From assembly GCA_963777315.1 (NCBI GenBank), contig CAVZQC010000004.1, positions 544,001 through 608,000 on the forward strand: 64,000 nt of DNA. Direction: 5' to 3'. The stretch's first letter is position 1. Every line of letters begins with the position of its first letter. The notes beneath the pieces are model-generated. The model saw nothing but the letters and a program-made list of their open reading frames with translations. It ran no database searches and was not told the origin of the DNA. Shown piece after piece: positions 1-10,066 of this stretch. A program made the translations under genes and the position numbers. The stretch is from Vulcanimicrobiota bacterium (GTDB lineage Bacteria > Vulcanimicrobiota > Vulcanimicrobiia > Vulcanimicrobiales > Vulcanimicrobiaceae).

Positions 1-11
1 TCAAAGAACGC

Positions 12-1007
12 GTGCTTCGGCTAGCGTACGCGATTACGACATATCCGGATCAAGAGGTCGGCTGGACCCCTTACGCCATCGCCGCTATACGACGCACTGT
101 GAGCACGACTCGATACGATGCCGTGCTGTCCAGCGCGCCCCCGCACGTAACCAGCATAGCCGTTGCTATGGGCAAAGGGCCCGTCCCGTGGGTGGCGGAC
201 TTGCGCGATCTTTGGACCGGCGTCGATTATTACGGTGACGCCCCGATTCGGGGGACGCTGAACGATGCGCTCGAGCGGCTCTGTCTTCGACGCGCCAGCG
301 TATTCACCGCGGTCTCCGAACCGATGACCGCATATCTGGCCACCCGTTATCCATCCGCAAAAACCGTCGCTATACCTAACGCGTACGATCCGCAAGAGTG
401 GACGTCGGTTCCTTTTGGAAGCAACCAGCGTTGTACGTTGCTTTTCGGAGGTCAGCTGTACGGCGGACGAGGCGGATTTCCACTGCTGTTCCAAGCGCTT
501 CGGTCGTTACTGGACGAGGGCGCGGTTCAGCGCGAGGAATTGTCTCTCGAGTTTTATTGCAGACCGGCGATTTGGCTGGACGAGCAAACGGAGCGCTACG
601 GCTTGCAGGGCGTCATCAAACAATGCGGATTGATTCCACGCCCCGAATTTATGCCCACCGCGCGCAGAGCGGATAGGCTCGTCTTGGTGTTGTGGGACGG
701 TGAAGGCGCCGAAGGCATTTTGCGCGGCCGGCTTTTTGAATACTTAGGCGCGCGCAGACCCATCATCGCCGTCGGTGGTCCCGCCTCCAGCGCGATAGAC
801 GGCGTCCTTGCCGAATCCTCGTCCGGACAGCGCTATTTGGAGATTGATGCTCTAAAGCGCGAAATCGTCGCCGCCGTACAAGAGCACCGAGCCGGCCGAA
901 TCCGAACCATAGACGAGCATGCCGCCCAAAAGTTCGACGCCGACCATCTGGCCGCCGGATTCAATTACGCGCTGAACGAAGCCGTCACGCCCCCGATTCG
1001 TAAATAG
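12..1007 (+). CDS. Glycosyltransferase, GT-B/GT4-like; probably 5'-truncated by the window edge
   Basis: YPD..GW, SSAPPH, PWVADLRDLW and GRLFEYLGARRPII segments typical of polysaccharide-locus GT4-like proteins; the N-terminal part appears to be missing. Confidence 0.8.
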   Translation: MLRLAYAITTYPDQEVGWTPYAIAAIRRTVSTTRYDAVLSSAPPHVTSIAVAMGKGPVPWVADLRDLWTGVDYYGDAPIRGTLNDALERLCLRRASVFTAVSEPMTAYLATRYPSAKTVAIPNAYDPQEWTSVPFGSNQRCTLLFGGQLYGGRGGFPLLFQALRSLLDEGAVQREELSLEFYCRPAIWLDEQTERYGLQGVIKQCGLIPRPEFMPTARRADRLVLVLWDGEGAEGILRGRLFEYLGARRPIIAVGGPASSAIDGVLAESSSGQRYLEIDALKREIVAAVQEHRAGRIRTIDEHAAQKFDADHLAAGFNYALNEAVTPPIRK

Positions 1008-1010
1008 CGT

Positions 1011-2144
1011 TCATCGCATACCGGCCGATCGATGAGCCAGCGCGCCGTACATGCGCAGATGCCCCTGAGCGGTCGTCGTAATATCGTACCGTTCGCGCGC
1101 GACTTCTTGCGCTTTGAGCGCTGTGCTATGGAGTCCGTCCTTATGCTCCAGCGCATCGAGAAGGGCCTTTGCGGCGGTCTTCACCTGCCAGTCGCTCAAG
1201 ATCGTGCCGAGTGCGCCTGTCTGTAAAAACTCCGCAGCGCCAATCCAGGGCGTGGTTATTACGGGAATACCTGCTCCCATTGCCTCGACTAAGGCAAGCG
1301 GCATGCCCTCGAACAGCGACGGCATGAACACGACGTCGGCGCCCGCGAGCAGCTGTTTGGCGTCCGCTCTAAAGCCCGTGAAGTGGACCTTGTCGGAAAC
1401 GTGCAACTGGTGTGCGAGAGCGCGCAGTTTCTGCTCGTCCTCGCCGGATCCCACGATTACCAGCTTGAGGTCGCGATCGCTGAGCTGCGGATCGGCAGCT
1501 GCACGTATTGCGAGCTGGTGATTCTTCTGCTCGCAAAGCCGGCCGATGATGAAAACCGCAAAGGTGCCATCGCCGAGCTCCAATTCGGAACGGGCCCAAG
1601 CTCGATCTGCGGGCGTGGGAGCGCGACCGTGATGAATGCCGTTCAATATGATTTCGATGCGTTGAGGCGGCACTCGCTCGCGAGCCGCTAAAACGTTGCG
1701 TTGCGCTTCGAGAAACGCGATGTAACGAGCGGTCCCCACGCTCAAAAGCCTATCGACGAGCTTTTCTGCCGGATTCCTATCTTCGCGGCACGGCAAATGG
1801 TCGGTGTGTACGACCACGGGAACGCGAGCCAGAAAAGCCGCCAGCCGGCCCCAATACTTTCCGTTGTGCATGTGCGTGTGGACGATATCCGGCCGCCAAT
1901 CTCGAATTGCGCGAACCATTCGCCATAAGACGCCAAGGTCGTAGCGGCCGCGTCTATGCGCATCGATGAGCGTCAATCGACTGCGTTCGTCTGCAGTGAA
2001 GGGCACCGGACCCGGATACAGCGTCATCACGGCGACTTGCGCACCTTCGCGTTCGAGTAAAGGGGCAAGCGAGCAGACGAGGTTCTGCGCGCCTCCGCCG
2101 GTCAACGCTCCTAGGATGTGCATCACGCGCACTGGTGCAGCCAT
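1011..2144 (-). CDS. Glycosyltransferase family 4
   Basis: GGAQ N-terminal motif, PDIVHTH, PSLFEGMPLALVEAM (EX7E); ATG at 2144 chosen over the ORF-track start 2180. Confidence 0.9.
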   Translation of the reverse strand: MAAPVRVMHILGALTGGGAQNLVCSLAPLLEREGAQVAVMTLYPGPVPFTADERSRLTLIDAHRRGRYDLGVLWRMVRAIRDWRPDIVHTHMHNGKYWGRLAAFLARVPVVVHTDHLPCREDRNPAEKLVDRLLSVGTARYIAFLEAQRNVLAARERVPPQRIEIILNGIHHGRAPTPADRAWARSELELGDGTFAVFIIGRLCEQKNHQLAIRAAADPQLSDRDLKLVIVGSGEDEQKLRALAHQLHVSDKVHFTGFRADAKQLLAGADVVFMPSLFEGMPLALVEAMGAGIPVITTPWIGAAEFLQTGALGTILSDWQVKTAAKALLDALEHKDGLHSTALKAQEVARERYDITTTAQGHLRMYGALAHRSAGMR

Positions 2145-2386
2145 TGCCTTAGCATGCCCCCTTCGAAAGGTACGGATCAACCCTAAAAGCGCCTGGTCGT
2201 GCTAAGTCTTGTGCCCTATCCATCCGGCCGAAGACCGCCTGTGTGGGCGGCTTGCGTCGTCCAATGGCTCTCCGGCGGGGTGCCATGTCCTCACAAGCGG
2301 CGTTGGGCCGATTCCATTTTCGACGGGAACCATCACAGATTTATCGCGCGTGAATTGGCCCGTCGTTTCGAAGGTGTGCGAAACGC

Positions 2387-3508
2387 CTATAACTGTCGGT
2401 CGTACAGTTTGAGGATTTCTTCGGTCCATTTGTTCAGGCTGAACTGCTCGACTATCCGTGCGCGTCCTGCCTCGGCCGGCGCTGTGGACATCGCGTTCTC
2501 CAAAGCATTGGCCAGACTTCTGCTATCGCGCACAGGAAAGCGAACCACGCTGGGCACTTCACCTGAAATTTCGCGAACCACCGGCAAATCTGAGGCTGCT
2601 ATCGGCAACCCGCATGCCATAGCCTCGAGGATAACAAACGGCATGCCTTCTCGGTCGCTTGCGAAAGCCAAAACATCTGCAGCCCAGTAGAGTTGCCGCA
2701 CGTCTTTGGTGTATTCAATCGAAAGGACTCGCGGGGACGATCCAAAGCGCTCGCGATCCTCGCGCGAGCCGCCGACTACGAGTAGACGGAAGTTGGCATT
2801 CAGAGCCAATGCCTCACGAACGGTCGAACCGCCCTTGAGCGGAATGCGCTCAAAGAAAAGCACGACACGGTCGTCCGCATCAATGCCCAGTTTCGAGCGC
2901 GCTCGAGCGCGCTCATCTGGCGCAGGTCGGCGGAAATATTCGGTGTCAACCCCGTTCTGTATTATTCGTACGCGATTGGGCTGTCCGTACCAGTACTTAC
3001 GCAATTCCTGCGCCATCTCGTGCGATACGGCCAGAAGCGCCTCGACTCGGTTGCCGAGCAGCCGGTACTTCATCAATGCACGTGCTCGTACAGGGATGTT
3101 TCGTTCGCTGTAGCTGTGTACGTGCCAGAATAGCCTGGTCTCTGAGGAAGCCTCCAATGAGGCCACGTCGTAACGGGTAAAATGCGAGTGCACGACATCC
3201 GGGCGAGTTGCGTGTAAGCCTGCAATAAGGTCGCGTTTGCTCTTCAACAAGTGAAGCTCGCAGCCGGCTCCCCGCAATTGATCGTACCATGTTGCGCCGG
3301 GTATGTCGGTAGTAAACACGATAAATCGATCTCCGCGCGCACGGACTGCACGAGCCAGGGCGGCTATCGCCGGAATAAAACTGCCCGGAGAAGCTCCGCC
3401 ATAGTCCATGACATGGCATATAATGCTCGCTGTTTTCACCGCGGTGCTTTTCGGTCGATTTCCCTGCGCCATGTGCCGTTGTCGTTCCGTACGTTCGAGC
3501 GGAAACAT
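2387..3508 (-). CDS. Glycosyltransferase family 4
   Basis: PDVVHSHF, IQNGVD, SDREGMPFVILEAMACGLP (EX7E); true start may lie slightly downstream. Confidence 0.9.
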   Translation of the reverse strand: MFPLERTERQRHMAQGNRPKSTAVKTASIICHVMDYGGASPGSFIPAIAALARAVRARGDRFIVFTTDIPGATWYDQLRGAGCELHLLKSKRDLIAGLHATRPDVVHSHFTRYDVASLEASSETRLFWHVHSYSERNIPVRARALMKYRLLGNRVEALLAVSHEMAQELRKYWYGQPNRVRIIQNGVDTEYFRRPAPDERARARSKLGIDADDRVVLFFERIPLKGGSTVREALALNANFRLLVVGGSREDRERFGSSPRVLSIEYTKDVRQLYWAADVLAFASDREGMPFVILEAMACGLPIAASDLPVVREISGEVPSVVRFPVRDSRSLANALENAMSTAPAEAGRARIVEQFSLNKWTEEILKLYDRQL

Positions 3509-3542
3509 TCAGCGCTCTAAACCCCTGCGGCGATAAGGGCGC

Positions 3543-3571
3543 AAAAAGGGCGGCCGTAACGCCGCCCTTTT
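3543..3571. terminator. Intrinsic terminator, bidirectional form, after the 826-aa lipoprotein gene
   Basis: AAAAAGGGCGGC-cgtaac-GCCGCCCTTTT inverted repeat with A and T tails. Confidence 0.85.
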
Positions 3572-3590
3572 CGTCTCGCCGGTTGGGCAC

Positions 3591-6071
3591 TCAGAGCAAG
3601 GGCGTTTGTACCTTGTTCCCGGATGGCCCTATGAGCGTGTAGAAGCGCTGCGTTGCAGCGGTGCTGTTTTGCACCGTGAACCGCACTCCAAGCAGGTCCG
3701 TGCTGTTGGAAGCCTGATACGAACCAGGCAGGGTGAAGGTGTAGGTACCCTTATTCAGCACTTGCGATTCGGGCTGCGATGCTACGATGCTCTCCACCGT
3801 TCTTCCGCCGGAATCGACCCGGAGAATTTCGACTTTCGTGAGCATCACGCTCGGGTTGCCGCTAAAGACCGTGTAGTTTACGGTGTAGTTGCCGGAAGCC
3901 CACGCGTTCTGCGTGATGTCTCCGGGTGACGTGAGCCATCCGTACGTTTGCGTAGCGTTTGCGCCAACGTCGATGTGCACGCCGCCCGTCAGACCCCGGC
4001 TGTTTCTGGACATCAACTCGCCGGACGGTACGCCGGGCACGACGTCGAACACGCCCTGCCTGTACTGCACCCCAATCGCGTCGGCGATGAAGGTGGCATT
4101 CCCGGCTTGGGCGACCGGTTGAGACGTGGGCGCCGGTGTGCTCGGGATGCTCGGTGCGTGAGTTGGTGCGGCCGTCGGCGCAGCACTGGGAGCCGGCGAA
4201 GGAGTCGCGGGCGCCCCTTGCAATATCACCGCCTGATCCGGCTGGAGCTGCACCGAGGTGACGGGCGTATATGATAAGCGGCCGCCGTGCTGCGAAGCTC
4301 CGCCCGTAATGACCGCTTCCTGATACGTGCCGTTCAAGTGGATGACCGGAGCGGTGGTCGTCGTGGGGTTCACCAGAACGCGTCCGTTCGTGAAGGTGCG
4401 CTCGTAGGCGCCGTCGGCAGCCACCCACGCGTCCGCGATGTGCGCAAACGTCTGCACCGGCTTACCGATCGCGATGGTGTACTCGGGATAGTACATTCCG
4501 AACCCGGCATCGGTTTCCATATCGAAGACCAACTGGCCGTTTTCCGCCAGGAAGTATGTCGCCAGGCTGTAGATGCGCGGGGCGGTACGAGATTCGGTGG
4601 AATCGACGAGCATGCGCCCACTGAATCCCGGATGCGCCATCAAGGAAAGCAGGTTGTCCATGCTGGTCTTGAAGTACCACAGCGGCGCGTAGCCCCAACT
4701 GTTGCCGTCGTAAGCGATTTCCTCGATTTCGCCGCGTTGCACGTACGGCAGATACGCAACCGCGAGCGGATCGGAGAAGGCATTGGCGCAGATGGAGTAC
4801 GTCGGGGGAATGTGCGAGTGCAAATACGCCAAATGCGAGATCATATTGTTCTCGTAGCCGCTTTGGGTATAGCCGGCGGGGAACGCTTCGGGGCGCGCCC
4901 CGTCGAGCTTGGTGCCTACGTCGTCCAACAGGACGCCTCTGTAGCCCTGGGCCAGTGCACTCAATATGTAGTTGGTTAGCAGCGAATGCCAGGTCGGTGA
5001 GCCGGCATCCATGACGAAATTATTGGGATACACTCCAAAGTGCAGGCGATTGTTGGGCGAGGTAACGTAGTACGATTGATTCGCCTGCGAAGGCAGCACT
5101 GCGTTGCCCGACGCGTCGCCGATGCGAAACGCGATCCCGCCGTTGTAGCTCGAAGGAATCGTGACGGTCGCGCTGCCTTGATAGTAGCCGCCGCCCACGC
5201 TGCTCATCGAAACGCTCGATGGGGCCGTCGTGGTATGCGGCTCGACCAACGTCTGCAGCCGCAGCGAAGCGGGCAGCGACGCCCCCGACGCGTGCGCGCG
5301 AACCGTGAGCGTTACGCTGGCGCCGGGCGCGATCGAGCGGTTCGTGCTGTACGTTGGGGAATCGAGAACAAAGCCGGACGGTATTCCCGCTTTTACGGGC
5401 TGCGCGTTCGAATACAGACTGTCCGAACCGTTGATCAGGGAATGTACGGCGAAATAGTACGTCGATCCGTCACTCAGACCGGTCGCGTTGTACGACGTGG
5501 CCGTACTGGGTAACGTTGCCACCGCGGATAACGCGTCCGCCGAACTGCCTTTGTAGACGACATAGCCGGTAATGGGGAAGCCGAGTTTCGAACGCGCGTC
5601 GGTATCCCAGTGTAAAGTCACCGCGCCGGTTTGCGGCACAAACGTGAGCGAAGCGGGGTCCGCACCGTGCAGAAATGCGTCCTCGTGCAGATTGACGGCG
5701 TTCCAGCTCGGCTGGGTGCCGCCGTTGCCCATTACTTCGCGGACTGCGGAAATATAAAAGTCGGTATACGTTCCCGTCGGTTTGAATGAGCCGAGGTACC
5801 TGTCCGACTCCGTCGTCATCCAGTTGAACTTGGTCGCGTAAGAATCCAGCGTACCAAAGTCCGCCGCGACCGAGGCCGACGGCGTAGTCAGGTCCGCAGC
5901 CGGGCCGGAAGCCGACGTGGACAGAGTACCGGTTGCGTTTTGCGATGCGGCAAGGGGAACCGAACCCGAAGGCAAGAGGCCGCCGCCGGCTCCGCCGCCG
6001 GTGCCCGCGCATGCAGACATCATGGCTGCCAGAGAGGCCCCCGCCAATAAGCGAATATATAGGTGCTTCAT
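3591..6071 (-). CDS. Lipoprotein, putative glycoside hydrolase (GHL15-like barrel) with inserted fibronectin-III/Ig-like domains, Pro/Thr/Ala linker and C-terminal beta-sandwich
   Basis: Lipobox-like MSAC; AGGAGA SD; HEDAFLH, VMDAG..W, GYRGVLLDD, YEYTIAIGKP-like and YERTFTNGRVLVNPT segments; FnIII pattern VTLHW..ITGYVVY..TSY..TGL..STYYFAV. Confidence 0.65.
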   Translation of the reverse strand: MKHLYIRLLAGASLAAMMSACAGTGGGAGGGLLPSGSVPLAASQNATGTLSTSASGPAADLTTPSASVAADFGTLDSYATKFNWMTTESDRYLGSFKPTGTYTDFYISAVREVMGNGGTQPSWNAVNLHEDAFLHGADPASLTFVPQTGAVTLHWDTDARSKLGFPITGYVVYKGSSADALSAVATLPSTATSYNATGLSDGSTYYFAVHSLINGSDSLYSNAQPVKAGIPSGFVLDSPTYSTNRSIAPGASVTLTVRAHASGASLPASLRLQTLVEPHTTTAPSSVSMSSVGGGYYQGSATVTIPSSYNGGIAFRIGDASGNAVLPSQANQSYYVTSPNNRLHFGVYPNNFVMDAGSPTWHSLLTNYILSALAQGYRGVLLDDVGTKLDGARPEAFPAGYTQSGYENNMISHLAYLHSHIPPTYSICANAFSDPLAVAYLPYVQRGEIEEIAYDGNSWGYAPLWYFKTSMDNLLSLMAHPGFSGRMLVDSTESRTAPRIYSLATYFLAENGQLVFDMETDAGFGMYYPEYTIAIGKPVQTFAHIADAWVAADGAYERTFTNGRVLVNPTTTTAPVIHLNGTYQEAVITGGASQHGGRLSYTPVTSVQLQPDQAVILQGAPATPSPAPSAAPTAAPTHAPSIPSTPAPTSQPVAQAGNATFIADAIGVQYRQGVFDVVPGVPSGELMSRNSRGLTGGVHIDVGANATQTYGWLTSPGDITQNAWASGNYTVNYTVFSGNPSVMLTKVEILRVDSGGRTVESIVASQPESQVLNKGTYTFTLPGSYQASNSTDLLGVRFTVQNSTAATQRFYTLIGPSGNKVQTPLL

Positions 6072-6192
6072 GAGTCTCCTAAAAAGAGCAAAAGTGCCAC
6101 GGAACCGGCTCTCCCCTGGTCGCCGTCGCTCATGGTGCTTTTGTCATCGGCATCTTCCAAAAAAAATTCTTATGAGTCAGTAAAGCGGGCGT

Positions 6193-6228
6193 AAAAAAAG
6201 ACCGCTGCTTAACACAGCGGTCTTTTTT
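6193..6228. terminator. Intrinsic terminator between the two lipoprotein paralogs
   Basis: AAAAAAAGACCGCTG-cttaaca-CAGCGGTCTTTTTT. Confidence 0.85.
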
Positions 6229-6251
6229 GCGGGCCTTTCGGACTATGAGAG

Positions 6252-8637
6252 TTACGGAGACGTTATTTGGCTGGCCCCACGCGGTCCTACGTCGAGATAG
6301 ACCTTCTGCGTTCGAGCGGACGAGTTGCGCACCGTGAACCGAACGGCCAGTTTATCGGACGCAGACGCGCGCTGCGCTGTGCCCGGTACGCTAAACGTAT
6401 AGGTGCTCACGCTGCCGAGGTTTTGGTTTTCCGCTTGCGATCCGATGACGTAAATGTCACCTTCGCTGCTGAGCCGGAGCACCTCGACTTTCGTGACGCT
6501 CAGATATGGATTGCGCGTAAAGAGTGAATATTTCACTCGGTACGTGCCTGCATGCCACGGTTGCGCTTCGTTGCTGATCCAGCCGTGCGTTTGCGTCGAT
6601 TCGCCTCGGAACGTCACCCCAACGCCGCCCGAATTGCCGCCGGGGGACGAGCTTATCGAAAGCACGCCGCCGGGACCTGTATCGGAAAACAGACCTCGTG
6701 GCGATTCCACGTTGAGCACCTGCGGAACCAGCGCGGCGACGGATCCCCCTGTCGGCGTCGTGGACGTTGAGGAAGTGGCGCCCGCAAGAATCGCCGCCTG
6801 ATCGGGTCCGAGCTGTACCGACGTCACGGGAGTAAACGACAGTCTGCCCCCGTGCTGGGATGCGCCGCCCGTGATGACCGCACGTTGATAAGTGCGTCCG
6901 AGATGAATGACGCGAGTTGTTGTCGTGGTGGGGTTCACGATCACTCGGCCGCCCGTAAAGGAGCGTTCGTATGCGCCGTCCGCGGCGACCCATGCGCTCG
7001 CGATGTGCGAGAAGCTCTGCGTCGGGCTACCGATGGCAAGTGCGTATTCCGGATAATACATGCCGAATCCGGCGTCGGTTTCCATGTCGAACGCCAATCG
7101 GCCGTTGGACACCAGCAAATACGTCGCAAGGCTGTACAATCTGGGGCCCGTGTCGGATTCGTTGGCATTTATCAGGATGCGGCCGAAGAAGCTCGGGATG
7201 GGACAAGAGCGAAAGCACGTTGTCCAGGCTTTGGGTCCAATACCAGTCCGGCGCATACTTCCAGCTGTTTGAGTCATAAGCTATTTCCTCAATTACGCCG
7301 CGTTGAACGTACGGAAGAAATACCGATGCGGCCGGGTCTGAAAACGCGTTTATACAGATCGAATACGCCGATGGAATGTTCGAGCGAAGATAGCGCAGCT
7401 CCGAGACCCTCTTATCGCGGTAGCTGCTGTCGCTGTATCCGGGCGGGTATGCCTCCGGGCGCGCGCCGACGAGGCTCGTTCCATAATCGTCGAACAAAAC
7501 GCCTTGATAACCGCCCGCCAGTCTGCCGCTGACATAAGCGGTCAGCAGCGACTGCCACGCCGCAGCGCCGGCGTCCATGACGTAGTTGTTTGGAAATTTG
7601 GCGAAATGCAGCCGATTATTCGGCGATGTGATGTAATACGATTGGTTCGCCGGCGACGGCAGCACGGCCGACCCGGCAGCGTTCGCAATGCGAAACGCGA
7701 TGCCGCCGTAGAAATCCGACGGGATGTATATCCGCGCACTGCCCTGGTAGTATCCGCCGCCCACACTGCTCATCGTGGCGGTTGAGGGCGATTGCGTTTC
7801 GGACGGCCTAATCAACGTTTGCAGCCGCAGCGAACTCGGAAGCGAGGCGCCGGAGGCGTGGACGCGCACCGTCAACGCAAGACTCGCCCCGGGCGCGACG
7901 CGGCTGCTCGTGCTGTATGAAGGCGAATCCAAAGCGTATCCGCTCGGGGTGCCGGCAGTCGCCGATTCAACCCAGGAAAATACGCTGCTCTGACCGTTGA
8001 GCAGCGAGCGTACGGCAAAATAATACGTCGAGCGATTGGAAAGCCCGCTAGCCGTGTACGACGTCGTGGAACTTCCCAGCGTTTTGATTGCCGAAAGAGA
8101 CGACGGCGATCTGCCTTCGTATACCACATATCCGCCGCCCCTCGGCCCCATACTTGTGCGGGCATCGGACGCCCAATGCAGCGTTACGGCACCGGACTGC
8201 GGCTGCAGGGTGAGCGAGGCCGGATCGGCACCATGCAGAAACGCGTCTTCGTGCAGGTTCACGGTGTTCCAATCGGGCTGCGAGCCCCCGCTCGAGGCCA
8301 CTTCACGGATGGATGAAAGATAGAAATCGGAGTAGACGTCGGCTCGACGCAGCTCGGTAAGGATGCTGCCGCCGTACTGATACGTCATCCAACGGAATTT
8401 GGTCGAATACTGATCCAGCGAAGTTCCGCCGTAGGCGGCCGCGATGACGCTGGGGCCCGCCGATGTCGAACTTAAAGTCGACTGCGCCGCGATAGGCGCG
8501 GGCTGAACGGCTAGATCGCCGTTGTTCGTGGGTGCCTGTGAGGTGACTGCAGGAAGCGCTCCGCTTTCTCTGCTGCAGCCCGCGGCGAGCAAGCTGATGC
8601 AAGCGCCGAATATGATGAAATAAATCTTTTTAGACAC
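6252..8637 (-). CDS. Paralog of the 3591-6071 lipoprotein hydrolase, split by a +1 frameshift at about 7195-7197 (sequencing error or pseudogene)
   Basis: GGAGG SD then GTG at 8637; lipobox AAGC. ORFs 7027-8682 and 6252-7277 match the N- and C-parts of the neighbour. Removing one base from the GGG run gives ..LLSHPSFFGRILIN.., matching ..LMAHPGFSGRMLVD.. Confidence 0.8.
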
Positions 8638-8892
8638 GTGGTCCTCCCCAAACCATACGGCGACGGCCCGCGATATACACATCGCGCGACGTCTCCGAAC
8701 TTACGTGGTGATGAGACTGAAAGCCCGGATCGTAATCGGCGATTCCAGGCCGTCTCAACGGTGTTCAATTGTCGGAGCGACAGGATGCCGCTCTTTGCGC
8801 AGGGCCTCCGAGCCGGAGGCATACCTCCTCCCTTATCTCGTCTTTAAGTAGACGCCGCGCTTCCGCGACCCTGCCGCTCAAGGGAGCGTTCG

Positions 8893-10066
8893 TTAATGAA
8901 TCAAACCTGAACTATACAAAACGGCATCACGCAGACATGCGACCACGCGCCTCACGTCGCTTTCCAGCATGCCGGGATAGAGCGGGAGGGACATCAGCCG
9001 CTGCCAAATGCCGTCGCTCACGGGCATGGGCGCATGCGGGCGGTCCCGGTACCACGAAAACGTATGCGAGGGTATGTAGTGCACGCTCGTGCCGATGCGC
9101 GCTGCACGCAGCGCTTCGATCGCGCGATCGCGCATCGCGCGCCCTCCATTGCCGACCTCTATGGGAAAGAAACACCAACTATGCCGGTCTGCATCGTTCA
9201 TGCGGCCAAGTGCTGCGGGACGAACATTTTCCAGGCCGGCGAGCAATTCGCAGTACAACGCTGCTAAAGTCCTTCGCTTTGCCTGCAGTTCGTCAAGTCG
9301 AGCTGAACTGAGACTGGGCCAGCGCGGCCAAGACGTCCGGCATGTTGCATTTATAGCCGCTGGCGATGATATCGTACTGCCAAGGGTTGTTGGCTTCGTA
9401 GCGCTTGTAGGCGTCGCGCGTCATGCCGTGCAGAGAGTGGATTCGCACCGTATCGGCGACTGCGTCGTCGTTGGTCACGAACATGCCGCCTTCAGCGGAC
9501 GTGACGTTCTTGGTCGCATAGAAGCTGTAAGCGGCTCCGGCGCTCCGCTTCCCGGCGGCTTCCCCCGCGTCGAGCATCCCCGTGCAGAGAGCGGCGTCTT
9601 CGATCACCGCTATCCCACGCGGCTGCGCGAATGCAAGGATGTCGGCAATGCGAGCGGGCCGGCCCGCATAGTGCATCGCCATGATCGCGGTCGTTTTGCC
9701 GGTCACGAGCGGGGCGATCGTCTCGACGCTCAGGCACAACGTCGAAGGATCGACGTCGCAAAACACCGGCGTAGCGCCCAGATGTTCCACGCACTCCGCC
9801 CCGGCCACAAAAGACAGCGAGGGGAGAATCACCTCGTCCCCGGAGGTCACCCCAACCGCAATCAGGCCCAGAAGCAAACCCGACGTGCAGCTGTTCAGCG
9901 CGATGGCGTGCTTGACGCCGCACAGTGCCGCAAATTGCTCTTCAAGCGCTACCGTTCGCGCCCCGGTCGTCAGCCAGCCGTTTCGCAAACATTCGACGAC
10001 GGCGGCGATGTCCTCGTCGTTGAGATCGGGACGATAGTACGGAAGAAAACCTTCAGGCGCGGGCAC
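8893..10066 (-). CDS. DegT/DnrJ/EryC1/StrS sugar aminotransferase, split by a +1 frameshift at about 9303-9306
   Basis: ALNSCTSGL, IEDAA, YSFYATKN, EGGM, GYKCNMPD, then SVHYIP and SLPLYP in the second frame; removing one base gives ..QSQLARLDELQAKRR.. Confidence 0.85.

Noticed and set aside
2199..2429. Short ORFs in the gap between two glycosyltransferase genes
   Set aside because: No recognisable motifs or SD, and they overlap the neighbouring gene
6072..6185. Possible c-di-GMP-I riboswitch or sigma54 promoter upstream of the 826-aa lipoprotein (GACAAAAGC..GCCGGTTCC; TGGCAC..TTGC)
   Set aside because: The GGCAAA/GAAA P2 arm is absent, and the TGGCAC-TTGC spacing is 2 nt rather than 5
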